Assembly (NCBI GenBank): GCA_049841135.1
Contig: JASGHK010000008.1
Span: forward strand, 339,272-403,271
Direction: 5' to 3'
DNA length: 64,000 bases
Origin: Myxococcales bacterium
GTDB taxonomy: Bacteria; Myxococcota; Myxococcia; Myxococcales; UBA5297
Below, piece by piece: positions 10,096-20,667 of the stretch. Position 1 is the first letter of the stretch; each line of letters opens with the position of its first letter. The notes below the pieces were generated by a model that did not search any database, was not told where the DNA came from, and saw only the letters and a list, made by a program, of their open reading frames with translations. Made by a program: the position numbers and the translations under genes.

Positions 10096-10372
10096 ATGAA
10101 GCTCACCGAGGACATCCAGCCCATCACCCAGTTGAAGACCCGCTCCTCGGAAGCTCATCCGTTCGGTCTCCCGCGATCGGCGCACGGTCGTCATCACCCA
10201 GCACGGGGAGGCGAAGGCCGTTCTCCTGGATGTCGCCACCTACGAGGCGCTCCGAGATGCCGCCCTGATGCACAGGCTCATCGGGCAGAGCGAAGCTGCC
10301 ATCCAGCAGGGCCGCACAGTCCCTCAGAAGGCGGTCTTCGAGCGCGTGCGAAGGCGCAAGAGCAAGCCCTAA
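10096..10372 (+). pseudogene. Phd/YefM-family antitoxin, frameshifted in this sequence (about 10153)
   Basis: Frame 1 reads MKLTEDIQPITQLKTRSSE and then degenerates. Frame 2 continues LIRSVSRDRRTVVITQHGEAKAVLLDVATYEALRDAALMHRLIGQSEAAIQQGRTVPQKAVFERVRRRKSKP*, ending at 10372. Together these make a textbook Phd/YefM antitoxin. An extra nucleotide sits in gaaGctc around 10150-10154. Frame 2 has no start codon of its own. Confidence 0.6.
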
Positions 10373-10391
10373 CCGGTCGAGGGCCTTCCTG

Positions 10392-10724
10392 ATGGCGCGA
10401 CGAACCGTCGAGTGGGCGGAGCCCGCAGTCGAGGACCTCCAGCGCATCTACGACTATCTGTGGGGCCTCAACCCCGGGGCGGCCGACCGAATCCTCACCC
10501 GCCTCGAAACAGCGGCCAGCCGCCTCGAGACGTTGGCAGAGCGTGGCCGGCTGGTGCCTGAGCTCGCAGACTCCGGGAACACCGGCTACCGCGAGCTGAT
10601 CGACGAGCCCTATCGAATCATCTACCGCATCCAGGGTAACCGAGTCTTCGTCGTCGCCGCGCTGGACGGGCGTCGCGACCTCGAATCGCTACTCCTCGAG
10701 CGATTGCTGGCTGCGCCTCGGTAG
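10392..10724 (+). CDS. parE: ParE/RelE-family type II toxin
   Basis: 110-aa protein with ...VEDLQRIYDYL...AADRILTRLE...YRELIDEPYRIIYRIQGNRVFVVAALDGRRDL, a ParE-type fold signature. The start overlaps the stop of the upstream frame-1 ORF as TGATG. Confidence 0.8.
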   Translation: MARRTVEWAEPAVEDLQRIYDYLWGLNPGAADRILTRLETAASRLETLAERGRLVPELADSGNTGYRELIDEPYRIIYRIQGNRVFVVAALDGRRDLESLLLERLLAAPR

Positions 10725-10789
10725 CGACTCGCCTCCTTCCCGCAAGGCCCTCCGCACGATCCGGCCCCACGCTCGAAGCAGCGAGGCGC

Positions 10790-11224
10790 CTACTTCTTCG
10801 GCTCTTCCCGTGCCGGCGGCGCCTTCTCCACCATCGGCCGGGTCTCGGGCTTGCCGTCCTTGAACGGCGCGTTCCAGACCGCCGGCCGCTGCCCCTCGAT
10901 GCTCTCGCCGATGCCGCGCGTGGCGGTATCGGCGGAGGTCAGCCCGAACATGATGGCCAGGAACACGATCGAAAGCAGGAAGACCACCGCGTTGAACTTC
11001 CTCTTCTCGAACGCCAGGTGCATGAAGACGGCCGCTACCAGGCCCGCCTTCAGGGTGGCCACGCCCATCGCCACCAGGATGTTCCAGTTGCCGAAGTCGA
11101 GGTAGCTGACGCCGACCGTCAGCGCGGTCAGCACGAGCAGCGTGCCCCACACCCCCAGATAGCTCTTGAGCGGCAGGACGTGCGGGACGTGGTCTGCCGT
11201 GGACGTGTGTGCGTGTTCGCTCAT
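10790..11224 (-). CDS. coxD: cytochrome c oxidase subunit IV (prokaryotic caa3-type small subunit)
   Basis: 144-aa protein with three TM helices. The KSYLGVWGTLLVLTALTV segment is typical of the bacterial COX4 family. Lies directly downstream of coxC. Confidence 0.7.
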   Translation of the reverse strand: MSEHAHTSTADHVPHVLPLKSYLGVWGTLLVLTALTVGVSYLDFGNWNILVAMGVATLKAGLVAAVFMHLAFEKRKFNAVVFLLSIVFLAIMFGLTSADTATRGIGESIEGQRPAVWNAPFKDGKPETRPMVEKAPPAREEPKK

Positions 11225-11290
11225 TGCTCAGTCCTCTCGTTGCGCGGGCGTAAAAGCCTTCCGCTCTCCGACGGGCGTGGAAGCCCGCCG

Positions 11291-11953
11291 CTACCCGACG
11301 AGGTAGAGCAGCGGGAACAGGTAAATCCGAATCAAGTCCACCAGATGCCAGTAGAGCCCCACGCCCTCGACCGGAGAGTAGTAGCGGCTCGAGAACTCGC
11401 CCTTGCGCGCCCGCAGCAGGATCCAGGTGATGAGCGACATCCCGATGATGACGTGCAGGCCGTGGATGCCGGTCATCATGAAGTAGAGGCCGAAGAAGAT
11501 CTTGGCCGCCGGATACGCGAAGCCGTGCGCCGTGAAGTGCGCTCCGGGCAGCAGGCCGTCGGCGAACTTGTGGTGGTACTCGAAGCCCTTGATGACGAGG
11601 AAGGTGCCGGCCAGCGCCAACGTCAGGCCGAGCATCGCCAGCGTCTCGCCCTTCTTCGAGCGCTGCGCGGCCCGCACGCCCAGGGCCATGGTCAGGCTCG
11701 AGCAGATGAGCACCAGGGTGTTCACCGCGCCCATCACCTTGTCGAGGTGGTGGTGCGCCTCCTTGAACGCCTCGAAGTGCCACGACCGGAAGATGGCGAA
11801 GGCCACGAACAGGCCGCCGAAGAGCAGGATCTCGGTGACCAGGAAGATCCAGACGCCGAATTTGTTCGCCTCGAACTGGGTGTCGGCATCGTCGAAGTGG
11901 TGCGCGACCTGGAACTGCGGCGATAGGCTCTGCTCACTCACGTTCGTGCTCAT
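11291..11953 (-). CDS. ctaE: cytochrome c oxidase subunit III
   Basis: 220-aa C-terminal part of ORF 11291..13534 beginning MSTNVSEQ. Has the subunit-III motifs [32 protein letters not shown] and [10 protein letters not shown]. Its ATG overlaps the ctaD stop (ATGA). Confidence 0.9.
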   Translation of the reverse strand: MSTNVSEQSLSPQFQVAHHFDDADTQFEANKFGVWIFLVTEILLFGGLFVAFAIFRSWHFEAFKEAHHHLDKVMGAVNTLVLICSSLTMALGVRAAQRSKKGETLAMLGLTLALAGTFLVIKGFEYHHKFADGLLPGAHFTAHGFAYPAAKIFFGLYFMMTGIHGLHVIIGMSLITWILLRARKGEFSSRYYSPVEGVGLYWHLVDLIRIYLFPLLYLVG

Positions 11954-13632
11954 GCTGCACTCCCCTGGCCCGGCTCTCCTGCAACCGCTGCGGGCTGCAG
12001 CGCCGCCGCGAAGTCGTAGGGGCCGTGGGTGACGACCGGGCGCTGCGTGAAGTTCTCGGTGATGGGCGGCGAGGCCGTCTGCCACTCCAGCGTCGCTCCG
12101 CCCCAGGGGTTGGCTTCCGCCTTCTTGCCGCTGCGCAGCGAAGCGATGAAGAGGACGAGGGTGACGAGCAGGCCGAGCCCCAGGATCCACGAGCCGACCG
12201 TCGAGAAGGCGTGGAAGAACTGGAACTTCTGCTCGTAGGCGTAGTAGCGCCGCGGCATCCCCCGGCTGCCCATGACGAACTGCACGAAGAAGGTGGCGTT
12301 GAAGCCGATGAACACCAGCGACCACGCGAGCCGGCCGAGCTTCTCCGAGTAGGTCCGCCCGGTGATCTTCGGCCACCAGTGGTGCAGCCCGCCCAGGAAC
12401 GCCATCAGCGTCCCGCCCACCATCACGTAGTGGAAGTGCGCGACGACGAAGTAGGTGTCGGTCAGGTGCACGTTCTGCGCGAGCATCCCCAGGAAGAGCC
12501 CGGTGAGCCCGCCGATGGTGAACAGGAAGAGGAAGCCCAGCGCGTAGAGCATGGGCACGGTCAGCGCGATGGAGCCGCGCCACAGCGTCGCGAGCCAGTT
12601 GAAGACCTTCACGCCGGAGGGGATGGCCACGAAGAAGGTCAAGAAGCTGAAGATGGTCGCCGCCAGGGGGCTCTGGCCGGAGATGAACATGTGGTGGCCC
12701 CAGACCAGGAAGCCCAGCAGCGCGATGGCCACGCTGGAGAAGGCGATGGCCTTGTAGCCGAAGATCTTCCGGCGCGCGTGGACGGCGATGACCTCGCTGA
12801 TCACCCCCATCGCCGGGAGGATCATGATGTAGACGGCGGGGTGGCTGTAGAACCAGAAGAAGTGCTGGAAGAGGATGGGGTCGCCGCCCAGCTTCGGGTC
12901 GAAGATGCCCAGCCCAAAGAGCCGCTCGGCGATGAGCAGGACGAGCGTGATGCCCAGCACCGGCGTCGCCAGGATCTGGATGATGCTCGTCGCGTAGAGC
13001 GCCCAGAGCATCAGCGGCATCTTGAACCAGGTCATCCCCGGCGCCCGCAGCTTGTGGATGGTGACGATGAAGTTGAGCCCGGTGAGGATGCTGGAGAAGC
13101 CCATGACGAACGCGCCCAGCGTGGTGGAGATGACCGGCGCGGAGGTGGTCGTCGAGTACGGCGTGTAGAACGTCCAGCCGGTGTCCACGCCGCCCGTCGC
13201 CAGCGAGGTGAGCGCGATGAGCGTCCCGGTCCAGTAGACGTAGAGGCTCAACAGGTTCAGCCGCGGAAAGGCGACGTCCTTGGCCCCCACCATCAGCGGC
13301 ACCAGGAAGTTGCCCAGCGCCGCCGGGATGGCCGGGATGATGAAGACGAAGATCATGATCACGCCGTGGAGCGTGAACACCCGGTTGTAGGTGTCGGGCG
13401 ACATCAGCGCCTCGCCCGGCCACAAGAGCTTGAGGCGGATGAGCAGGGCCAGGATGCCGCCCAGCGCGAACGCGACCAGCACGCTCACCAGGTACATGAC
13501 CCCGATCCGCTTGTGGTCGAGCGTGAGCAGCCACGAGAGCGCGCCCTTGCGCGCGCTCAGGTAGCTGCCGCCGCCGTCGTGCTCGTGGGCTTGGGGGACG
13601 GGCACCTGCCCGATGACTGCCGTGTGGGGCAT
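11950..13632 (-). CDS. ctaD: cytochrome c oxidase subunit I (haem-copper oxidase catalytic subunit), canonical copy
   Basis: 560-aa ORF with canonical motifs: TLHGVIMIF (haem a His), [11 protein letters not shown] (CuB His plus Tyr), WGHHMF (two CuB His), VAHFHYV (haem a3/a His). Confidence 0.95.
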   Translation of the reverse strand: MPHTAVIGQVPVPQAHEHDGGGSYLSARKGALSWLLTLDHKRIGVMYLVSVLVAFALGGILALLIRLKLLWPGEALMSPDTYNRVFTLHGVIMIFVFIIPAIPAALGNFLVPLMVGAKDVAFPRLNLLSLYVYWTGTLIALTSLATGGVDTGWTFYTPYSTTTSAPVISTTLGAFVMGFSSILTGLNFIVTIHKLRAPGMTWFKMPLMLWALYATSIIQILATPVLGITLVLLIAERLFGLGIFDPKLGGDPILFQHFFWFYSHPAVYIMILPAMGVISEVIAVHARRKIFGYKAIAFSSVAIALLGFLVWGHHMFISGQSPLAATIFSFLTFFVAIPSGVKVFNWLATLWRGSIALTVPMLYALGFLFLFTIGGLTGLFLGMLAQNVHLTDTYFVVAHFHYVMVGGTLMAFLGGLHHWWPKITGRTYSEKLGRLAWSLVFIGFNATFFVQFVMGSRGMPRRYYAYEQKFQFFHAFSTVGSWILGLGLLVTLVLFIASLRSGKKAEANPWGGATLEWQTASPPITENFTQRPVVTHGPYDFAAALQPAAVAGEPGQGSAA

Positions 13633-13644
13633 CTCACGCCTCCG

Positions 13645-14583
13645 TCACTTCAGGCTCTTGATGTAGGCGACCAGCGCGTCGAGCTGCTTCTGCGACACGA
13701 GGCCCTTGAAGACCGGCATCACCGGCTGGAAGCCCTTCACGACCTTCGCGTTGGGGTCGGTGATGCTCTCGCGCAGGTACTGCTCGTCCGCCTTCACCGT
13801 GCTGCCGTCGGCGAGCTGGACGTCGTGCTCCGCCAGGCCCTTCCAGGTCGGTCCGGTGCCGGGCTTGCCGTCGGTCGTGTGGCAGGTCGTGCAGGCGAGC
13901 TTGGTGGAGAGCTTCTCGCCGGCCAGGACGGGCGGGACGTCCTTCTCCTCCGCCCCCGACTCCAGCCACTCGTTGAAGTCCTTCTCCGCCATCACCTCGA
14001 GCTTGCCGCGCATGGCCGAGTGGCCGGTGCCGCAGAACTCGGTGCAGGTGATGGTCTTGAGCCCCAGCTCGGTCGCCTCGAACCACGCGGTGGTGTAGCT
14101 CGAGGGCACCACGTCCTTCTTCAGGCGGAACTCCGGCACGTAGAAGGAGTGGATGACGTCCTTGGAGCTCATCACCAGCTTCACCGGCCGGCCGAGCGGC
14201 ACCTTGAGCTCGTTCACCGAGATCGCGCCGTTCGGGTAGGCGAAGGTCCACATCCACTTCTCGGCGGTGACCGAGACCTCCAGCGCGTTGGCCGGGGCGA
14301 TCTGCTGGTTCAGGAACCCCTTGAAGCCGACGACGAAGAGCACCAGCACGATCGCCACGGGGATGGCCGTCCAGACGATCTCGATGCGCGTGTTGTGGTC
14401 GGGCGCGTTCGGCAGCTCCTCCTCGGTGCGCCGCCGGTAGCGGATGGCGAAGAAGCTCATCCCCCCGACCACCAGCACGAAGAAGAAGGCCGAGACCCAC
14501 AGGACCAGGTCCCAACCTGCGTCGACCTGCCCCGCCACGGTCGAGGCCTGCTCCGGGAGCCAGAAGGATCCGCCGCTGCTCAT
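13645..14583 (-). CDS. coxB: cytochrome c oxidase subunit II with fused C-terminal cytochrome c domain (caa3-type), canonical copy
   Basis: CuA site H...CTEFCGTGHSAM and C-terminal CTTCH haem c motif. Start taken at the internal MSSGGSFWLPEQ; the ORF start at 14628 is possible but less likely. Confidence 0.9.
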   Translation of the reverse strand: MSSGGSFWLPEQASTVAGQVDAGWDLVLWVSAFFFVLVVGGMSFFAIRYRRRTEEELPNAPDHNTRIEIVWTAIPVAIVLVLFVVGFKGFLNQQIAPANALEVSVTAEKWMWTFAYPNGAISVNELKVPLGRPVKLVMSSKDVIHSFYVPEFRLKKDVVPSSYTTAWFEATELGLKTITCTEFCGTGHSAMRGKLEVMAEKDFNEWLESGAEEKDVPPVLAGEKLSTKLACTTCHTTDGKPGTGPTWKGLAEHDVQLADGSTVKADEQYLRESITDPNAKVVKGFQPVMPVFKGLVSQKQLDALVAYIKSLK

Positions 14584-14584
14584 G

Positions 14585-15463
14585 TCATCCCGCCCTCTCG
14601 TGCGCCGAGACTCGACCGTCGTCCGCACCCGGCCGAACGGGCCGATCGCGATCTCGGTCAGACGCCTGCGGGCTCCGGTTGAGGCGCCACAGGAACAGGC
14701 CCAGCAAGAGCACGCTCAGGGCGCCGCCGGCCTTCATCAACCGCGTCGCGGCCAGCACATAGCCGCGCGCGTTCGCGTCGTAGTGGAAGCAGAACAGGAC
14801 GACCTTGTCCCAGGCGCTGCCCAGCCTGCCCTCCGAGGCCTCGGTCAGCGCCAGCCGGAGGCTCTTCTCGGGGAAGCTGATGCCATAGAGGGTGCGCGAG
14901 AGCTTCCCGCCCGGGGTCACGACGAAGGCGCCCGCGGCGTGGGCGTACTCCTTCTGCTGCTCGTCCCAGCGGTAGTGGAAGCCGACTGCGTCCGCCAGCC
15001 GCTTCACGCTCGCCGCGTCGCCGGTCAGGAACTCGAAGCCCTTCTCCGGCACCGGGCGGCCGTACTCCTTCAGGTAGTTCTTCTGCTTCTGCTGGGCGAC
15101 CTCGGTCGTGTCCCGCGGGTCGAAGCTCACGACCAGCACGCGGTAGTCCTTGCCCGCGCTCCACGAGAGGTCCTTGAGCCCGTTGGTCAGGCCGTTGACC
15201 ACGAGCGAGCAGAGCATCGGGCAACGGAAGTACGCGAGGACCAGCACCACCGGCTTGCCGTCGGAGAAGTAGTCGCCGAGGGTCACCGCGCGCCCGGCGC
15301 CGTCCTTGAGGACGATCTCACGGGGAAGCTCTGCCCCCGGCTTCTCTTCGATGGCGATGTCCTTGAGCTCGGGAGGCAGCGCCTCCTCCGCTCGGGACTG
15401 GCCGCTCGCCAGAAGAGTCCCCATCATCGCCGCCATCACGGCGACTGCTCGCCACCGCCTCAT
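14585..15463 (-). CDS. sco: SCO1/SenC copper chaperone for CuA assembly
   Basis: Thioredoxin-like fold with CPMLC (CxxxC) and a conserved His region. Start chosen at MRRWRAVAVMAAMMGTLLASGQSRA (signal/anchor); a cat triplet was confirmed at 15461-63. Sits directly upstream of coxB. Confidence 0.8.
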   Translation of the reverse strand: MRRWRAVAVMAAMMGTLLASGQSRAEEALPPELKDIAIEEKPGAELPREIVLKDGAGRAVTLGDYFSDGKPVVLVLAYFRCPMLCSLVVNGLTNGLKDLSWSAGKDYRVLVVSFDPRDTTEVAQQKQKNYLKEYGRPVPEKGFEFLTGDAASVKRLADAVGFHYRWDEQQKEYAHAAGAFVVTPGGKLSRTLYGISFPEKSLRLALTEASEGRLGSAWDKVVLFCFHYDANARGYVLAATRLMKAGGALSVLLLGLFLWRLNRSPQASDRDRDRPVRPGADDGRVSAHERAG

Positions 15464-15562
15464 GCCGCACGCCTCCCGACCGCCTTGTGGCTTTCGGGCG
15501 CTTAGATGGCACATGCAGCGTTTTCGATTCGAACCGGGTGAGGCGGGAGGCGACGAACGCGC

Positions 15563-15597
15563 AAAAATGCAACGGCCCACCCCGAGCGGGGCGGGCC
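15563..15597 (-). terminator. intrinsic-terminator-like hairpin downstream of ctaD2
   Basis: Minus-strand RNA reads ggcccgccccg ctc ggggtgggcc followed by gttgcaTTTTT. A GC-rich 11-bp stem (one G-U pair) with a T-run lies about 120 nt after the ctaD2 stop and ahead of sco. Confidence 0.35.
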
Positions 15598-15720
15598 GCA
15601 TTGAACGGATGCCAGTCGCTGATCATCCGCCGAGCAACTGAGATTCCATCGTCTCCTCAGCCCGCGCAGGCGGGCTTCGCAACGTCAGGCGCGGCTTCAG
15701 CCGCCGGCACGCGGGCCGCG

Positions 15721-17367
15721 CTACGCCGCCTTGGCCTCCGGCGTCGCCGCGAGCGCGGCCCCGAAGTCGTACGGGCCGTGCTCGACCACCGGGGCCTCTA
15801 CGAAGTTCGCGGCCAGCGGAGGAGAAGGCGCGCGCCACTCGAGGCTCGCGCCACCCCAGGGATTGGCGGCGGCCTTGCTCCCGCTGCGCAGCGACTGGAC
15901 GAAGACGCCCAGCACCACCAGCACCCCCAGCCCGAGGATCCACGTCCCCACGGTCGAGAAGCCCTGCAGGAAGCGCAGGCCCTCCTCGTACGCGTAGTGG
16001 CGGCGGGGCATCCCGCGGCTGCCCAGCACGAACTGGACGAAGAAGGTCGCGTTGATGCCGAGCATCAGCAGGCCCCAGCCCAGGCGCCCCAGGCTCTCGG
16101 AGGTCGTCCGTCCGGTGATCTTCGGCCACCAGTGGTGCAGCCCCGCCAGGAACGCCATCGCGGTGCCGCCGACGACCAGGTAGTGCAGGTGCGCGACCTC
16201 GAAGTAGCTGGAGGACAGGTAGGCGCCCTGCGCGAGCATCGCCAGGAACAGGCCGGCGAGCCCGGCGATGGTGAAGAGCGCGACGAAGCCCAGCGCATAG
16301 AGCATCGGGACGGTCAGCGCGATGGAGCCGCGCCACAGCGTCGCCAGCCAGCTGAGCACCAGCACGAACATGGGGACGATCGCCAGCAGGCCGAGCACGC
16401 TGAAGAGGGCCGAGGAGTGCGGGCTCTGCCCCGCCACCACCAGGTGCTGTCCCCAGGCCACCAGGCCCAGCCCCGCGGTGCCGAACGTCGCGGCGACGAT
16501 GGGCCAGTAGCCGAAGCTGCGCCGGGCGTGCACGGCGATCACCTCGCTCACCACGCCCACGCCCGGCAGGAGCGCCAGGTAGACCGCGTTGTGCGCGTAG
16601 AACCAGAAGAGCTGCTGGTAGACGAGCGGGCTGCCGCCCTTGGCCACGTCGAACTGGCCCAGCCCGAAGGCGCGGTCGGCCAGCAGCACCAGCATCGCCG
16701 AGCCCAGCGCCGGGGTGGCGACGAGGTGCAAGAGGCTCGTCGCGTAGAGCGCCCAGAGCGTCATCGGCAGCTTGTGCCAGGAGAGGCCCGGGGCGCGCAT
16801 CCGGTGGATGGTGCCCAGGAAGTTGAGCCCGGTGAGCGCGCCGGAGAAGCCCATCACGAAGACGCCCAGCGCCACCGCCGGCACCGGCCCCTCCGCCGTC
16901 GTCGACCGCGGCGGCGCCAGCATCCACCCGGTGTCCAGGCCGCCGCTCGCGAAGGAGGAGAGCGCGATCAGCGCGCCCGCCCAGTAGAGGTAGAGGCTCG
17001 CCCGGTTCAGGCGCGGGTAGGCGACGCCCTTGGCGCCCACCATCAGCGGGACGAGGAAGTTGCCCAGCACCGCGGGGATGGCGGGCACGACGAAGGCGAA
17101 GCCCATGACCACGCCGTGGAGCGTCAGCAGGCGCAGCCAGGTCGCGGGGTCGATGAGCGCCTCGCCCGGCCAGAGCATCTTCAACCGCACCAGGCCCGCC
17201 AGCGTGCCGCCGAGCGCGAAGATGACCAGCACGCTCGCCAGGTACATCAGCGCGATCCGCTTGTGGTCGGTCGTGAGGAGCCAGGACGAGGGGCCGCGCC
17301 CCGCGTCGAGATAGCTGGGGGCAGGCTCTTTCGCCGATGTCTGGCTTGCGGAGGTGGACTCGGCCAT
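15721..17367 (-). CDS. ctaD: cytochrome c oxidase subunit I paralogue, divergent (ACIII-linked copy)
   Basis: 548-aa C-terminal part of ORF 15721..18285 starting MAESTSASQ; a cat triplet was confirmed at 17365-67. It aligns colinearly with the canonical copy. It reads WGQHLVVAGQSP where the canonical copy has [12 protein letters not shown], and GAYLSSSYFEVAHLHY where the canonical copy has [16 protein letters not shown]. Confidence 0.85.
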   Translation of the reverse strand: MAESTSASQTSAKEPAPSYLDAGRGPSSWLLTTDHKRIALMYLASVLVIFALGGTLAGLVRLKMLWPGEALIDPATWLRLLTLHGVVMGFAFVVPAIPAVLGNFLVPLMVGAKGVAYPRLNRASLYLYWAGALIALSSFASGGLDTGWMLAPPRSTTAEGPVPAVALGVFVMGFSGALTGLNFLGTIHRMRAPGLSWHKLPMTLWALYATSLLHLVATPALGSAMLVLLADRAFGLGQFDVAKGGSPLVYQQLFWFYAHNAVYLALLPGVGVVSEVIAVHARRSFGYWPIVAATFGTAGLGLVAWGQHLVVAGQSPHSSALFSVLGLLAIVPMFVLVLSWLATLWRGSIALTVPMLYALGFVALFTIAGLAGLFLAMLAQGAYLSSSYFEVAHLHYLVVGGTAMAFLAGLHHWWPKITGRTTSESLGRLGWGLLMLGINATFFVQFVLGSRGMPRRHYAYEEGLRFLQGFSTVGTWILGLGVLVVLGVFVQSLRSGSKAAANPWGGASLEWRAPSPPLAANFVEAPVVEHGPYDFGAALAATPEAKAA

Positions 17368-17420
17368 CTCGCGGCTCCTGTTGGGTGCGCAGGCCTTGGG
17401 CAACGCCCGTCGGCCCGGAC

Positions 17421-18356
17421 TCAGTTGAGGCTCTTGATGTAGGCGACCAGCGCGTCGATCTGCTTGGGCGTCAGCTGTGACTTGAAGGCAGGCATCAGCG
17501 GCTGGAAGCCCTTCACGATCTTCGCGTTGGGCTCGGTGATGCTCTCGCGCAGGAAGGCGTCGTCGGCGACGACCCTCGAGCCGTCCGCCAGCTCGACCTG
17601 TGCCCCGCCCAGCGCCTTCCAGGTCGGCCCCGTGCCCGGCTTGCCGTCGACCGTGTGGCAGGTGTTGCAGGCGAACTTGGTGGCCAGCTTCTCGCCGCTC
17701 TGCACCGGCGGCAGCTTGTCGCCGTTGGCGTCGAGCCAGTCGCCGAACTCGCGGGCGTTCATCACCACCACCTTGCCGTTCTGCGCGGCGTGCTTGACCC
17801 CGCAGGTGCCGGTACACGCGAAGGAGAGGGTCCCTTCCTGGGTAGGCTCGAACCAGACCGTGGAGCTCGACCCGGGGACGATGTCCTTCTTCACACGGAA
17901 TTCCGGGACCGAGAAGCCGTGGATGACGTCCTTGGAGGTCATCGTCAGCATCACCGGCTGCCCCACCGGGACGCGGAGCTCGTCGACGGCGGTGGCGCCG
18001 TTGGCGTACTCGAAGCTCCAGGCCGTCTTCTCGGCGGTCACCGAGACCGCGAGCGCGTTCGCCGGGGCGATCTGCTGGTCGATGAAGCCCTTGAAGCCGG
18101 CCAGGAAGAGCACGGCGACCAGGACGGCCGGGAGGATGGCGAAGGCCATCTCCAGCTTGCGCAGCCGCTGCGGCCCCGCGGGGATCTCGCCCTCGTTGCG
18201 GCGGCGGTAGCGGACGACCAGGGCGGCCATCGCCGTCACCACCACCAGGAAGGTCGCCACGGCGACCCAGAGCGCCAGTCCCCAACCCGCGTCGACCCGC
18301 CCGGCCGAGGTGGAGGCCGCTTCGGGAAGCCAGAAGGTGGGCGCGGAGGGGTTCAC
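17421..18356 (-). CDS. coxB: cytochrome c oxidase subunit II paralogue with cytochrome c domain, divergent CuA site
   Basis: 311-aa ORF. DVIHGFSVPEF...FACTGTCGVKHAAQNGKV aligns residue-for-residue with the canonical ITCTEFCGTGHSAMRGKL: both Cys and the His are conserved, Met is replaced by Gln and Glu by Gly. C-terminal CNTCH haem c motif. Confidence 0.85.
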   Translation of the reverse strand: MNPSAPTFWLPEAASTSAGRVDAGWGLALWVAVATFLVVVTAMAALVVRYRRRNEGEIPAGPQRLRKLEMAFAILPAVLVAVLFLAGFKGFIDQQIAPANALAVSVTAEKTAWSFEYANGATAVDELRVPVGQPVMLTMTSKDVIHGFSVPEFRVKKDIVPGSSSTVWFEPTQEGTLSFACTGTCGVKHAAQNGKVVVMNAREFGDWLDANGDKLPPVQSGEKLATKFACNTCHTVDGKPGTGPTWKALGGAQVELADGSRVVADDAFLRESITEPNAKIVKGFQPLMPAFKSQLTPKQIDALVAYIKSLN

Positions 18357-18853
18357 TTCGGCTTCCCCGTCTCGGTCGGCGCTCCCTTGGGAGCTTCGGC
18401 CGGCTTGGTGGTATCAGCTGGCTTGCCGGCGGGCGGTGTCGCAGGCGCGGGCGACGTCGCAGGCGCAGTCGCAGGGACGGCGTCGGGCGGAGGGATCACG
18501 AAGCCGGCGGGACGGGCCGTCCACTCCGCGAGGACGCGCTCCCGGGCGCGATTCGAGCGGGATGCGCAGCACACCGTTCTTCTGGTCGACCCACTGGTAG
18601 CGCGTGAGCTTGGTCTCCTCGTCGGCGCGCAGCTGGCGCAGGACCGGGTTCTCGACCGAGTTCACCTTGGAGTCGATCTCCTCGAGCACCGAGACCTTGA
18701 AGAACTGGTCGACGGCCAGGACCACGCCCAGCAGGACGATCACCGAGGCGAGGACGAAGACGAAGATGAACGCGGTGTTCGGCCGGTCCTGCTCGGTGTG
18801 CCCCTCCGAACCCGGGGAGGGGCTTGGGGAGGGGTTGGGGGAGGGATGGTCGC

Positions 18854-18857
<4 letters not shown>
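18353..18857 (-). pseudogene. small single-TM protein between actF and coxB2 with Pro/Ala/Thr-rich C-terminal tail; possible accessory ACIII/oxidase subunit; apparent frameshift near 18545
   Basis: The ATG at 18857 overlaps the actF stop (ATGA). The N-terminus MSDHPSPNPSPSPSPGSEGHTEQDRPNTAFIFVFVLASVIVLLGVVLAVDQFF...YQWVDQKNGVLRIPLE is in the frame of ORF 18414..19787. A second frame (ORF 18353..18574) continues ...RARERVLAEWTARPAGFVIPPPDAVPATAPATSPAPATPPAGKPADTTKPAEAPKGAPTETGKPK*, and its stop overlaps the coxB2 ATG (ATGA). The two frames are joined by a 1-nt indel in a CCC run. Confidence 0.35.
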
Positions 18858-20049
<1,192 letters not shown>

Positions 20050-20053
<4 letters not shown>

Positions 20054-20667
20054 TTGGCCTCCGGCTCGATCTTGTCCTGGCGGTCCGCGGGGACGTCGGC
20101 AGGGGTCGCGTGCTGCGAGCGCTGCAGGACGCGGAGCCAGGTGACGATGGCCCAGCGGTCCTCCTCGGGCACCTGGACGGCGTAGCTCGGCATGTTGCGA
20201 ACGCCGTGGGTCATGACGTCGAAGATCTGCCCGTCGGCGAAGCCGCGTACCCGCTCGCCGGTCAGGTCCACCGGCGGCGGGAAGCCGCGCTGCACCGTCA
20301 TCCCGCGTCCGCTGCCCGACCGGTCGTGGCAGGAGGAGCAGAAGATGTTGAAGCGCTCCTGCCCGCGCTTGAGCGTGGCCTCGCTCACCTCGATGGGCGC
20401 CTTGGCCACGAAGCCCTGCGCGGTCTTGCCGGTGTAGTAGACCTCGTCGGCCTTGAGCTGACCCTGCGCCACCGTCCCCGCGACCGGCGTGCGCATGCCC
20501 TTGCCGTCCGCGAAGATCAGGCTGGCGGCCTCGGGCTTCACCTTCGGCTGCACGCGCATGTCGGGGATGGGGTGGATGGGCGGGTCGGCCGAGGGCTGGC
20601 CGCGGCAGGCGGACAACGCCAGCGCGGCGAAGAGGATGCCGCGGTTCGCCCAGAGTCGGGAGGTCAT
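20050..20667 (-). CDS. actE: alternative complex III subunit ActE (monohaem cytochrome c lipoprotein)
   Basis: [21 protein letters not shown] lipobox and a single CSSCH haem motif. The ATG at 20667 overlaps the actD stop (ATGA); cat confirmed at 20665-67. Confidence 0.8.

Noticed and set aside
10060-10392. Frame-1 110-aa ORF ending TGATG on the parE start, as a possible novel antitoxin
   Set aside because: Only its first 19 residues after the MKLT start match any antitoxin. The remainder is RG-rich, while frame 2 gives a perfect Phd/YefM C-terminus. It is interpreted as a frameshifted antitoxin, not a new protein.
12025-14682. 885-aa plus ORF antisense to ctaD/coxB
   Set aside because: Asp/Arg/Glu/His low-complexity. 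Shadow ORF of the oxidase genes.
15487-17442. 651-aa plus ORF antisense to ctaD2
   Set aside because: Shadow ORF with RG-rich product.
15721-18285. Single 854-aa ORF
   Set aside because: It contains ctaD2 (from 17367) preceded by out-of-frame read-through of the coxB2 3' end, so it is not one protein.
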